Below, piece by piece: positions 54,137 through 64,000 of a stretch of DNA of 64,000 nt. The notes beneath the pieces are model-generated. The model was not told the origin of the DNA, searched no databases, and saw only the letters and a list, made by a program, of their open reading frames with translations. Position 1 is the stretch's first letter. Every line of letters starts with the position of its first letter. Both the position numbers and the translations under genes were made by a program. Origin of the DNA: an uncultured Planctomycetota bacterium (GTDB taxonomy: Bacteria; Planctomycetota; Planctomycetia; Gemmatales; Gemmataceae); NCBI GenBank assembly GCA_963849325.1, contig CAWKHF010000010.1, forward strand, positions 96,001 to 160,000, in the 5' to 3' direction.

Positions 54137-55006
54137 CTAGTTTGAAGCCGCAAGCGGCCACAGCAAATCCCAGCCGATCGCGAAAATCGCGGCATCGACC
54201 ATCAAGTGACTGAGCCAGGGCGGCGCGAGAGAGCCGCCGCGTTCGTACAGCCACGCCCACATGGCTCCGCCGACGGCGATGGCCAGAGCAAACGGCAGCG
54301 CCGCCCCCAGGAATCGGCCCGGCAGATACACGTACAGGACGATGACGTGATGGGCCATGAAGGCCAGGCTGGACACGATCATCGCCGGCACCAGCGGCAT
54401 GAACTGCCGTAGACCGCCGAAGACGAACCAGCGCCAGTAGTATTCTTCCAGCCACGAATGGGCCGCCACCACGAAGACGGCCAGGAAGGCGTAGGAGGCC
54501 GGCGTGGCCATGTTGACTTCCTGCAGCTTGGCTTGCAGCCGCGCCGGCGTCTGCGCCAACAGCGACGAGCCGCGCAGTCCGCCGAAGTAAACGGCGAGCA
54601 TGAGGACGGCGACCGCCGACCCAAAAATCAGGGCCGGTTTCCAGGCGCGGGAGCGCGGCCGCGTCAGGTGCAGCCAGCGTGGGTCACGCCAGCCGCTCTC
54701 CAGGGAGACGTCCCAGTCTTTCGGAGCGGGAGGAAGATCGCGGACGGGCGAATGCTCGGCGTAGGTACGTTGCTTCCGCGACCGCGGCCGCGCCCGCCAA
54801 CCGAGAAAGACGAGGAAGGCCAGCGGAAAACTGAACTGGATGATCTTGCCGAGGACGTAGGCCGCTTGCTGCTGTGGATTGACTCTCGATCCGCTGCCGG
54901 CCAGGCCCAGGAAGTAGCTCCAGGCCGCGACGCTCGGAAAGGTCATGGCGAACAACAGCGCCAGGGCCGTCAGCAGCCGCGTTTGCCTCGTCGCCGGGTC
55001 ACTCAT
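54137..55006 (-). CDS. CPBP (CAAX/Abi) intramembrane glutamic protease
   Basis: LEEYYWR, FMAHH, SHLMVD. Confidence 0.85.
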   Translation of the reverse strand: MSDPATRQTRLLTALALLFAMTFPSVAAWSYFLGLAGSGSRVNPQQQAAYVLGKIIQFSFPLAFLVFLGWRARPRSRKQRTYAEHSPVRDLPPAPKDWDVSLESGWRDPRWLHLTRPRSRAWKPALIFGSAVAVLMLAVYFGGLRGSSLLAQTPARLQAKLQEVNMATPASYAFLAVFVVAAHSWLEEYYWRWFVFGGLRQFMPLVPAMIVSSLAFMAHHVIVLYVYLPGRFLGAALPFALAIAVGGAMWAWLYERGGSLAPPWLSHLMVDAAIFAIGWDLLWPLAASN

Positions 55007-55038
55007 CGCGCGTTCCTCTGTCGTGATCCGCACGCCGC

Positions 55039-55860
55039 TCAGCACTCGTGTACGAGGCGCCGCACCAGCACGCGCAGCTTTTTCTCGGCGGCGTTGGCGG
55101 TGGCGATGATGTCGGCCAGGTTGGTCGGCTCCAGGGCGTCCGGTAAACACATGTCGGTGATGACGGACAAGCCGATGTTGCGCAGGCCACTGTGTACACC
55201 GACGAGAACCTCCGGCACCGTGGACATGCCGACCACGTCGGCGCCGCCGCCGCGCAGAAAGCGATACTCTGCCCGCGTCTCCAGGTTCGGACCCGGCACG
55301 GCCACGAACACCCCCTGGTGCAAGACGATCTTCTCCTCCAGCGCGATGCGCCGGGCCAGGGCGATCAGCTCGCGGTCATACGGCCGGGCCATGTCGGGGA
55401 AGCGCGGGCCGAGGCGATCGTCGTTGGGTCCGATGAGCGGATTGTCGCCCATCAAGTTGATGTGGTCCTCAATGACCATCAGGTCGCCCTTGGCGAACTG
55501 CGGGTTCATGCCGCCACAAGCGTTGCTGACGAGAAGCACTTCGCAGCCCAGCGCCTTCATGACGCGCACGGGGAGCGTGATCTGCCGCAGCGAATAGCCC
55601 TCGTAGTAGTGGAAGCGCCCTTCCATGGCGATGACGGCCTTGCCGGCGAGATGGCCGCAGACCAACCGGCCAGCGTGCGTCGGCGCCGTCGAATGGGGGA
55701 AGTGCGGGATGTCACCGTAAGGAAGCGCCGCCTCGGCCTCGATCTCCTCGACCAGTCCGCCCAGGCCAGTGCCCAAGATGATGCCGACGCGCGGCCGACC
55801 CTGCCAACGCTCCCGGATGACGGCTTTCGCTTCCTCGATCTGCTCGTACAATCCCAGCAT
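55039..55860 (-). CDS. punA: purine-nucleoside phosphorylase (trimeric type)
   Basis: [36 protein letters not shown]. Confidence 0.9.
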   Translation of the reverse strand: MLGLYEQIEEAKAVIRERWQGRPRVGIILGTGLGGLVEEIEAEAALPYGDIPHFPHSTAPTHAGRLVCGHLAGKAVIAMEGRFHYYEGYSLRQITLPVRVMKALGCEVLLVSNACGGMNPQFAKGDLMVIEDHINLMGDNPLIGPNDDRLGPRFPDMARPYDRELIALARRIALEEKIVLHQGVFVAVPGPNLETRAEYRFLRGGGADVVGMSTVPEVLVGVHSGLRNIGLSVITDMCLPDALEPTNLADIIATANAAEKKLRVLVRRLVHEC

Positions 55861-55882
55861 ACGATCACCGCTTCGAGACCCC

Positions 55883-56083
55883 CTAAGCCACCAGCGCCGC
55901 CAGCAAGGCGTTGACGATGGCGCCGAGGATGGGCGGAAGCAGCGACCAGCGCCTTTGACTTGCCTCCGCCAGTCCTCTCTTTATTTCCTGTACTTTTTCG
56001 TCCAGGCTCCTCACGCGCTCGTTGAGGACGGCAAGCTCGCGACTGAGATCGCGGATGATCTCGTCATGGGTTGGTCTGACCAC
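55883..56083 (-). CDS. small coiled-coil protein with C-terminal TM segment
   Basis: [40 protein letters not shown]. Confidence 0.55.
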   Translation of the reverse strand: MVRPTHDEIIRDLSRELAVLNERVRSLDEKVQEIKRGLAEASQRRWSLLPPILGAIVNALLAALVA

Positions 56084-56085
56084 GA

Positions 56086-56418
56086 TCAATCCCTTTCGTC
56101 GATCATTTGCAGGAGTTTTTTCATCTGGGCATCGGAGAGTGCTTGCAGAAAATCGCCCCACAAGTCGAGGAGACGGCTGCGCAGGTGCCGCAGCGACCGC
56201 AGTTCGTCCGTGGCCAAGGTAGCGGACATCTGCTGAGCGGCATTGGACAGCGTTAAGGTGTATGTCTTGCGGCCGCGCTCATCCTGTCCTTGCTCCCACC
56301 GGGCGGAAACCTCCGTGATGGTTTGTCCGATGACTTCTTTGAGGCACTCGGACGCTTGTTGCAGCAGGGCGTATTCCTCGGACCTCTGTTTTGTTTGATC
56401 TTGGTAGGTCACGTTCAT
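56086..56418 (-). CDS. hypothetical protein
   Basis: RBS GGAGG; 110 aa; LLDLWGDFLQ. Confidence 0.6.
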   Translation of the reverse strand: MNVTYQDQTKQRSEEYALLQQASECLKEVIGQTITEVSARWEQGQDERGRKTYTLTLSNAAQQMSATLATDELRSLRHLRSRLLDLWGDFLQALSDAQMKKLLQMIDERD

Positions 56419-56549
56419 GGGAACCTCCGAGGCTTGGATGTCGGCGCCGATCATTCTAGCAGAACAATGGTTCACCGCGGCGCTTTCGCCTGATAAACTG
56501 CAACTCGGACAGAAGGCGTACAGCGGATTGTAGAGAGCGGAGACGAATT

Positions 56550-57542
56550 ATGGCCGTCAACCTGACCCCGCAATATCTGGAGGCGGAGGCGGAGTACAAG
56601 CGCGCCCAGACCGCCGAGGAACGCCTGGAGTGTCTGAAAAAGATGTGGGCGCTGGTGCCCAAGCACAAGGCCAGCGAGAAGCTGCAAGCGGAGTTGAAGA
56701 CCAAGCTCAGCGATGCCCGCGAAGAGGTTGAACACGAGCGCAAAAGTCCCAAGAAGAGCGGCGTCAGTCACAAAATCCCGCGGCAGGGGGCGGGACAGGT
56801 AATCCTTGTCGGCGGTCCCAACGGCGGCAAGAGCCGGCTGCTGACGCGACTGACACGGGCCACGCCGGAGGTCGCTCCCTATCCGTTCACCACCCGCGAA
56901 CCGCACGCCGGCATGATGGAGTGGGAGGACGTGCGCGTTCAGCTCCTCGATACGCCGCCCATCACCGCCGACTACCTGGAGAGCTACCTGTCGAGCATGG
57001 TCCGCTCGGCCGACGCCGCCCTGCTCGTCGTCGATCTGGGCGACGACGAGGGGCCGCTCGCCGCCGAGGCCGTCGTCGAACGGCTGGCCCAAACCAAGAC
57101 GCTTCTCGTCGGCCAACCGCCGGCCGAAAGCGACGACCCCGCGCTGCACCATACCAAGACGATACTGGTGGCCAACAAGCTCGACCTGCCCGAAGCGGCC
57201 GAACGCCTGGAGCTGGTGCGCGAGCTGTTCGGCCCGCGTTTCTCCGTACAAGCGCTGGATGCCGAATCGGGCCGCGGACTGGAGGAGCTGCGCACGGCCA
57301 TCTATCGGCTGCTCAACGTCATCCGCGTCTACAGCAAGAAGCCCGGCAAGCCGCCGGACATGACGTCGCCGTTCACCTGTCCGGCCGGCAGCACCCTCCT
57401 CCAGATGGCCGAGTTGGTCCACCGCGATTTCGCCGACAAGCTCAAGTCGGCCCGCATCTGGGGCACCGGCGTCTACGACGGCCAAACCGTGACGCGCGAT
57501 CACGTGCTGCACGACAAGGACGTTGTGGAACTGCACGTCTGA
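56550..57542 (+). CDS. OBG/DRG-family GTPase with TGS domain
   Basis: GGPNGGKS, YPFTT, DTPP, NKLD, HVLHDKDVVELH. Confidence 0.9.
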   Translation: MAVNLTPQYLEAEAEYKRAQTAEERLECLKKMWALVPKHKASEKLQAELKTKLSDAREEVEHERKSPKKSGVSHKIPRQGAGQVILVGGPNGGKSRLLTRLTRATPEVAPYPFTTREPHAGMMEWEDVRVQLLDTPPITADYLESYLSSMVRSADAALLVVDLGDDEGPLAAEAVVERLAQTKTLLVGQPPAESDDPALHHTKTILVANKLDLPEAAERLELVRELFGPRFSVQALDAESGRGLEELRTAIYRLLNVIRVYSKKPGKPPDMTSPFTCPAGSTLLQMAELVHRDFADKLKSARIWGTGVYDGQTVTRDHVLHDKDVVELHV

Positions 57543-57721
57543 AAAAAGTGTGGTTCGGACGCCAAAAGGGTTACAATCGGGAGAGGTTGAGGTGTCCGGT
57601 CGGGGATCCCGTGGCGCCGGCAGGCACCTGCGGTATCGTTGCGGCTCGAACGGTCCTTCGCGTCTCCTACGGCGAAAGCGATGGGCCTCGGGCGCTTTAT
57701 CTCCCCCTACCGAGGTGCAAC

Positions 57722-58266
57722 ATGTTCAAGCGAGGGTTTCCTGTCGTGAGCGCTGGTGCGCTGGCGCTGCTGCTGGCGAGCGCGGGTACGAGTCCGGCCC
57801 AGTATCCCAACTCCAGCGACTGGTTCTACGCCCCCAACGGCATGGGCGGTACGTATTATGCGCCCCGCTTCGTCGGCGCGGCGCCGCCGTCTCCGGCCCC
57901 TATTCCGGTTACGGCGTAGGCTCGTCGATCGCCATCGATCCAATGAACTATGTGGCCTTTTATCCGCCGCTGTACAGCACGCGGGCGCCGGTGGCCGCTC
58001 CCGTCGCCGGACTGTTGCCAGCGGGGCAACCGGCCACCGTCGCGGTGATCGTGCCCGCCGATGCCGTCGTTCGGTTCGATGGACACAAGACCCGCCAGAC
58101 CGGCAGCCATCGTCTCTTCACGACACCCGACCTGGAGAATGGCAAGAGTTATCACTACGCCGTGCAGGCGACGTTCCTGCGTGACGGCAAACCCTTCACG
58201 CAGTCCCAGCGCGTCGAGGTGCGCACCGGCGGTCTGACATCTGCCGTTTTCCCCATCGCGCGGTAG
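57722..58266 (+). CDS. TIGR03000 domain secreted protein (frameshift ~57890)
   Basis: VPADAVVRFDG.KTRQTG..RLFTTPDLE.GKSYHY. Confidence 0.85.
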
Positions 58267-58273
58267 ATATTAT

Positions 58274-58332
58274 CCGAGCCGCGAGCGTTAGCGAGCGGGA
58301 GGCAGCGGCGCTCGCTAACGCTCGCGGCTCGG
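58274..58332. repeat. REP-like palindrome family B
   Basis: CCGAGCCGCGAGCGTTAGCGAGCG / CGCTCGCTAACGCTCGCGGCTCGG; single arm also at ~40845-40867. Confidence 0.8.
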
Positions 58333-58357
58333 CCCCTAAACTCACGAGGAAACTTCC

Positions 58358-59563
58358 ATGGACGCCAGGCATGACGAACAGGAATCGGCACGGATCGACC
58401 GACGGGTCTTCCTGGGAGCAGCCCCCCTGATCGGCGCGGCGCTGGGGCGGACGGCGGTGGCGGAAGGACACGATCGGGAGGAGCGGCCGGCAAAAGACGG
58501 GCGACCGTTGGGTGTCATCACCCGCCAGAGGAACCCGGACAACCTGGAATTCCCCTTCTCGAACCTCGACAGCTTCCTCACACCCAACGAACTGTTTTAC
58601 GTCCGCACCCATTTCGACGTACCCGAGCTGGAGGCGAAATCGTGGCGGCTGAAGGTCGAAGGCACCGTCGAGAAGCCGTTCGAGATCGGCTACGACGCCT
58701 TGAAGAAGATGCCGTCGCACACCTTGACGGCCCTGCTGGAATGTTCGGGCAATGGCCGCGTCTTTCTCAAGCCGCCCCAGCTCGGTATCCGCTGGGAACT
58801 GGGCGGCGTCAGCAACGCCGAGTGGACCGGCGTCCGCCTGGCGGACGTGCTGGAGCAGGCCAGCGTCAAGGCCGATGCTGTCGAGGTCATCCTGGAAGGA
58901 GCCGATAAGGGAGAGCTTAAGTCGCCGAACCCGAAGACGCCTGGCGCGATTGCCTACGCCCGCAGCCTGCCGCTGGCGAAGGCGCGCCGGCCCGAGGTGC
59001 TTTTGGCCTACCGGATGAACGACGCCGAGTTGCCGCGGACGCACGGCTATCCGGTGCGTGCAGTCGTGGCCGGCTGGTACGGCATGGCCTCGGTCAAATG
59101 GCTGAAGCGCATCGTCGTCACCGACCGCCCCTTCCACGGCTTCTTCCAGACGTTCATGTACACCACCTGGAAGCGCCGTCATGGCGTGCCGGACCTGGTG
59201 CCGACCAGCGACATCGAGGTCAAGGCCGAGATCGCTCGCCCCGTCCTCCACGAAGTTGTCGCGGCGAAATCGCGCTATCGCGTCCACGGCGCCGCCTGGG
59301 CGGGGGAGTCGGACGTAACGAAGGTGGACGTCAGCAGCGACGGCGGCAAGACCTGGGCGTCGGCGCGGCTGCTCGACAAGGGAGGGGCGTACACCTGGCG
59401 CTTCTGGGAGTACGACTGGCAGACGCCGCCGCGCAGTGGACGCCGGGTGCTGATGGCGCGGGCGACGGACCAGCGCGGCCGTACCCAGCCGATGGAGCGC
59501 GACGACGACCGCCGCGATGGCGTCATCAGTCACGTGCTGCCGGTGGAGGTCGAGGTGCGCTAA
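58358..59563 (+). CDS. sulfite-oxidase-family molybdopterin oxidoreductase
   Basis: Tat-like DRRVFLG; FYVRTH, LECSGNGR, HGYPVR, GWYGMASVKWL. Confidence 0.9.
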   Translation: MDARHDEQESARIDRRVFLGAAPLIGAALGRTAVAEGHDREERPAKDGRPLGVITRQRNPDNLEFPFSNLDSFLTPNELFYVRTHFDVPELEAKSWRLKVEGTVEKPFEIGYDALKKMPSHTLTALLECSGNGRVFLKPPQLGIRWELGGVSNAEWTGVRLADVLEQASVKADAVEVILEGADKGELKSPNPKTPGAIAYARSLPLAKARRPEVLLAYRMNDAELPRTHGYPVRAVVAGWYGMASVKWLKRIVVTDRPFHGFFQTFMYTTWKRRHGVPDLVPTSDIEVKAEIARPVLHEVVAAKSRYRVHGAAWAGESDVTKVDVSSDGGKTWASARLLDKGGAYTWRFWEYDWQTPPRSGRRVLMARATDQRGRTQPMERDDDRRDGVISHVLPVEVEVR

Positions 59564-59718
59564 TTCGGCGAGCGAAATTTTTCTTGCCTTCGGTTAACCG
59601 AATGAGAATAATCTGAGATACAGCTCCAGGGATGTCAACGGCGCTATCCGTTCGCACGCTCCCGAGCCGTCAGGGATGATGGTGTCCGTCGCCCCGACCC
59701 TTCGACCGAGGAACCCAC

Positions 59719-61339
59719 ATGGCTCCGAACGCACTGCTTCCCCTCGACCGGCTCGACGCCGCGCAGCGAATGGCAAGCCTGGCAGCCCGATGACGCAACG
59801 GCGCTGGGACCGCAAATGGGTCGGCCATCTCTATCGCCGCGCCGCTTTCTGCGCCAACCTCGACGAGCTGCGGGCGGCCGAGCAGCGCGGCCCCCGCGCC
59901 ACGCTCGACCTGCTCTTTCGCGGCGAGCCGGACTGCGACGATGCTGCTGCCCGCGCTGCTGACGGCCGGCGCAGTACACGGCGGCGGCCAACAACCAAGC
60001 CCAGCTGCGCGGCTGGTGGCTGTACTGCATGTTGCACAGCGGCCATCCGCTGCGCGAGAAGCTGACGCTGTTCTGGCACAATCACTTCGCCACCAGCATC
60101 GCCAAGGTCAACAGCACGCGCGAGATGTTCAACCAGAACAAGCTCCTCCGCGAACACGCCCTGGGCAAGTTCGGCCCCTTCCTGCTGGCCATGAGCAAGG
60201 ACGCGGCCATGATGCACTGGCTCGACTCCAACAGCAACATCAAGGGCAAGCCCAACGAGAACTATGCCCGCGAAGTCATGGAGCTGTTCAGCCTCGGCGT
60301 CGGCCATTACACCGAGAAGGACATCCGCGAGGCCGCCCGCGCCTTCACCGGCTGGCACACCGACAGCGACGGCTTCGGCTTCGAGTTCAACGCCGCGCCT
60401 GCACGACGACGGCGCAAAGACGGTCCTTGGGCAAACCGGCAACTGGAACGGCGACGACGTCGTTCGCATCATCCTGCAACAGCCCGCCGCCGCCCGTTTC
60501 CTTGTCCGCAAGCTGTATCGCTTCTACGTCAGCGAGACGCACGAGCCGCCCGACAGCTTCCTCGAACCGCTGGCCGAGTCGTTCCGCAAGAGCGATTACG
60601 ACATCGCCGCCCTGCTGCGGACCATGCTGTCGTCGCGGCACTTCTTCTCGGACTACGCCTTCCGCCAGCGCATCAAGAGTCCGGTCGAGTACGTCCTCGG
60701 CGCGGTGCGCGCGGTGTACCGCGAGTACGAGTCCGAAGGACAAGGTACCATCAACCGCTGACGCAGCAGGTTCTGGTGCGGCAGATCGATGCGATGGGGC
60801 AGTTGTTGTTCGCGCCGCCCAACGTCAAGGGCTGGCGCGGGGCGAAGGCGTGGCTGAACACGTCCACCGTGCTGTCGCGCGACAACTTCGCGCAGGCGCT
60901 GGCGATGGGGACGCTGTGGAACGGCGGCGTAGTGGCCCTGTCTACTTCGGAGGGATTTCCTCGACGGACGTGGACCTCACGGAGGTCGATCTGGCGATCG
61001 ACAACGAAAACGTCATACAGGTTGATGTCACGGACGCGGGCAGCTCCTCCGGCGCCAAGCCGGCCGCACCGCCCAAGCCGACGGACAAGCCGGAGGAACC
61101 GGCGCCGCACAAGGCGTTCGATCCGGCCCGCGTCATCCACGAAGAGAAGGTGACCAAGCGCCAAGGACATCGTTCATCTGCTGCTCGACGTGTATCTGCC
61201 CGGCGGCGTGCGTCCGGCGTCGGAGGCGAAGCTGATCGCCTTCGTGGAGGCGGGCAATCCCAAGGGGCCGGCCCTGGATCGCCGCGTCCGTGAAACCGTC
61301 CATGCGATTATGACCATGCCGGAGTATCAACTGGCGTGA
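59719..61339 (+). CDS. DUF1800 domain protein (several frameshifts)
   Basis: HLYRRAAF, EKLTLFWHNHFAT, PNENYAREVMELF, PPNVKGW, PEYQLA*. Confidence 0.85.
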
Positions 61340-61349
61340 CGTGGCTTGT

Positions 61350-61407
61350 TACCAGCCCGAGCGTCAGCGGCGGGTCTACAACCCATCGCTGGCGCTCCGG
61401 GCTAGTA
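61350..61407. repeat. REP-like palindrome family B (degenerate)
   Basis: AGCCCGAGCGTCAGCG / CGCTGGCGCTCCGGGCT. Confidence 0.6.
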
Positions 61408-61442
61408 CGAGCGAAATCATCTTCCATTCCAAGGAGTCCTTC

Positions 61443-62712
61443 ATGTTCAATCGTCGTCAATTCCTGACCCGCACGCTGCAAGGCTCGTCGCTGCTGGCCC
61501 TCGGCTCGGTGGTGCCGGAGTTCATCGCCAACACCGCGCAGGCCGCCGAAAAGGGCAAGGACACCGTCCTCGTCGTCATCGAGATGAACGGCGGCAACGA
61601 CGGACTCAACACCGTCATCCCCTACGCCGACGACCTGTATCACAAATATCGTCCGACGCTGGGCTACAAGAAAGACCAGGTGGTGCGTCTCAACGATCAC
61701 CTCGGCCTCAACCCCGGCATGGGCAGCTTCCGGCAAATGTGGGACCAAGGGCCAACTCGCCGTCGTGCAGGGCGTCGGCTATCCCAATCCCGACCGTTCG
61801 CACTTCGAGTCGATGGACATCTGGCAGACGGCCGACCCGCGCCGCAACATCAAGACCGGCTGGCTTGGCCGCAGCGTCAACGAGCTGCAAGGCCAGGGCG
61901 GTTTCGTGCCGATCCTGCACATCGGCGGCGGCCGGCAGCCGCTGGCCGTCCAGGGCACACCTGGCGGCGCCGTCAGCATCAACAACCGCCAGCCGTTCAA
62001 GCTCGAACTCGGCGGCGGCACCGTCGCCCAGCACAAGGCGCGGCGAAAACTGCTCGAAGAACTGTCCGCTCCCGAGAAGGACGACAGCGCCGACGACATC
62101 CTGCAATTCGTCCGCCTGCGTCAACTGCGGACCATGACCAGCGTGGAACGCTTGCAGGAAATGCTTGTCGAAGCAGCAACAACGGCCCAACCAGATCTTC
62201 GGCCCGGATGGCTTTTACGGTCCCAATCGCTGCCGATGCAGCTGCAACTGATCGCCAACCTCATTGTCACCGGCTTCGGCACGCGCATCTTCTACGTCAT
62301 GATCGACGGCTTCGACACGCACTCGACGCAGGCCGACGCCCATCGCAAGCTGCTGGCGCAGGTGTCCGACGGCATCACCAACCTGTTCAACACGCTGAAA
62401 AACGGCGGCCACGACAAGCGCGTCCTGGTGATGACGTTCTCGGAGTTCGGCCGCCGCGTGCAGGAGAACGGCAGCAAGGGCACCGATCACGGGGCGGCGT
62501 CGTGTCTGTTCGTCGCCGGCCCGGCCCTCAAGGGCGGCATCGTCGGCGAGCACCCGAGCTTGAAGGACCTCGACAGCGGCGATCTGAAGTACGCCATCGA
62601 TTTCCGCCGCGTCTACGCCACGCTGCTCGACACCTGGCTGCACTGCGACAGCAAGGCCGTCCTTGGCGGCAAGTTCGAGCACCTGGAAGGACTGAAACCG
62701 CGCAAGGCGTAA
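61443..62712 (+). CDS. DUF1501 domain protein (frameshifted)
   Basis: Tat NRRQFL; GGNDGLNTVIPY, RSHFESMDIW, FDTH, SEFGRR, GTDHG. Confidence 0.9.
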
Positions 62713-62715
62713 TTC

Positions 62716-62774
62716 GTTTCGCCGCGACTCGCAGAAGCGCGTGCCATGCGCGCTTCTGCGCATCGCGGCTAAAC
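62716..62774. repeat. REP-like palindrome family A, degenerate copy 4
   Basis: GTTTCGCCGCGACTCGCAGAAGCGCG / CGCGCTTCTGCGCATCGCGGCTAAAC. Confidence 0.7.
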
Positions 62775-62799
62775 CTGGGTCTGTTTTCGGAGGTTCGTC

Positions 62800-63706
62800 A
62801 TGTCCCCGCGCAGCCGGCCGGCGTTCACCCTGTTTCAACTGTTGATCGTGCTGGCGATCCTGCTGATCCTGTTCGCCCTGTTGCTGCCGGCGATCATCAA
62901 GGTGCGGGCGATCGGCGCAGCGAACGCAGAGCGTACCAACAATCTCAAGCAGTTGTGTCTCTGGGCCTGCACAACTACGCCGATACCAATCGGCTCTCCT
63001 GCCGCCGGGCGTCGATGACAACCACTTCTCGGCGGCCAGCAAACTGCTGCCCTTCATCGAGCAGCAGGCGAACGTCTACAACACGATCGATTTCAAGAAA
63101 TCGATCGACGACAAGGCCAACGCCGCGGCCCGCAAGGTCAACGATCAAGACGTTCCTCAGCACGGCTGGACCCCATCGCGTCGGTGAAGGACGAATGGGG
63201 CGCGACGAATTACCTCTTCAACGATCAAGCTGTTCTTCGCTCAACTCGAAAGTCGAAGATTCCCCGCCGACATCCCCGACGGCACGAGCAACACCATCGT
63301 CATCGGCGAGACACTCAAGGGCGACGGCAGAACCAAGGCGACCGACGTCCGCCGCCAGTATGTGCTCGTTGAAGAAAGAGGACTCTGAAGGACATCAAGC
63401 CCGACGCCGGCGTCAAGGATTTCAAGGACGACAAGAACATCGCCGGCGATCGCTGCGCCAGCTGGATGGATGGCCGCTTCCTGCAAGGCACGTTCAACGG
63501 CAGGCTGCAGCCCAACGACAAACGGCCGGACGTGAGTTGCGGCGGCGTCGGCGGCGTGTCCGCCCTGCGCAGCTTCGATGAGTCGTCCTCGTCGGCATGG
63601 GCGATGGCAGCGTCCGCACCGTCAATGCCACAGGCGATTTCGCACAAGACCTGGAAGGCCGCCGATGACGCCGGCCGGCGGCGAAGTGCTCGGCACCGAC
63701 TGGTGA
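62800..63706 (+). CDS. DUF1559 prepilin-like protein (many frameshifts)
   Basis: [40 protein letters not shown]. Confidence 0.75.
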
Positions 63707-63738
63707 ACCGAACGACCCTTTCGACAGGAGATAAAACC

Positions 63739-64000
63739 ATGCGAACACAACCGCGATCCGCTTTCACGCTGTTTCAACTGCTGATCGTGATCGCCATCTC
63801 GCTCATTCTGATCGGCCTGCTGCTGCCGGCGGTGCAGAAGGTGCGCGCGGCGGCGGCGCGGACGCAGAGCATGAACAACCTCAAGCAATTGGCTCTCGGC
63901 CGCACACAACTATCACGACGTCAACAACGCCTTTCCGCCCGGCGTCGATGACAACCACTTTTCAGCCGCGCACAAGTTCTTGCCGTTCATCGAACAGAAC
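63739..64000 (+). CDS. DUF1559 prepilin-like protein, partial (runs off the right edge)
   Basis: [34 protein letters not shown]. Confidence 0.8.

Noticed and set aside
59626-59678. CAGGGATG direct repeat upstream of DUF1800 as an ncRNA or operator
   Set aside because: Only two 8-bp copies with no supporting structure.

Overview
High-GC planctomycete chromosome segment, Gemmataceae-like (DUF1549/1553, DUF1559, DUF1501, DUF1800 and TIGR03000 families). Many genes are split by 1-bp indels, most likely long-read assembly errors. In order, the window holds: a 4-gene ABC-2 operon; a 12-gene nucleotide-heptose/glycosylation operon (hddA/hddC/gmhA/gmhB-like, a dedicated transaldolase, GT2, 2x GT4); tsaD-tatD...hyp-larE interrupted by an accessory block (HEPN pair inside att-like ends, arylsulfatase flanked by a partial gene duplication); glnS; PL10 pectate lyase-AraC-DUF1559; a ~4.2-kb lower-GC unit bracketed by two IS66-type MITEs; a zinc-ribbon/FHA membrane cluster; nnrD; a TIGR01212 radical SAM; PNP; a DRG-type GTPase; a molybdo-oxidoreductase; DUF1800-DUF1501 and two DUF1559 genes. 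Most notable: (1) the MITE-bounded unit has both outer and inner 8-bp target duplications (circle-integration signature) and carries a GntR-ABC operon plus a trypsin-fold protease with Cys at the catalytic Ser position (GDCGG); (2) 7-, 8- and 9-bp-periodic palindromes sit at successive gene junctions and are the MITE targets; (3) three secreted low-complexity proteins share a C-terminal P[SN]YW[YS][DE] motif; (4) most sugar-operon proteins end in -AA. No rRNA, tRNA or CRISPR array was seen. All family assignments come from recognising motifs by eye; no database search was run.
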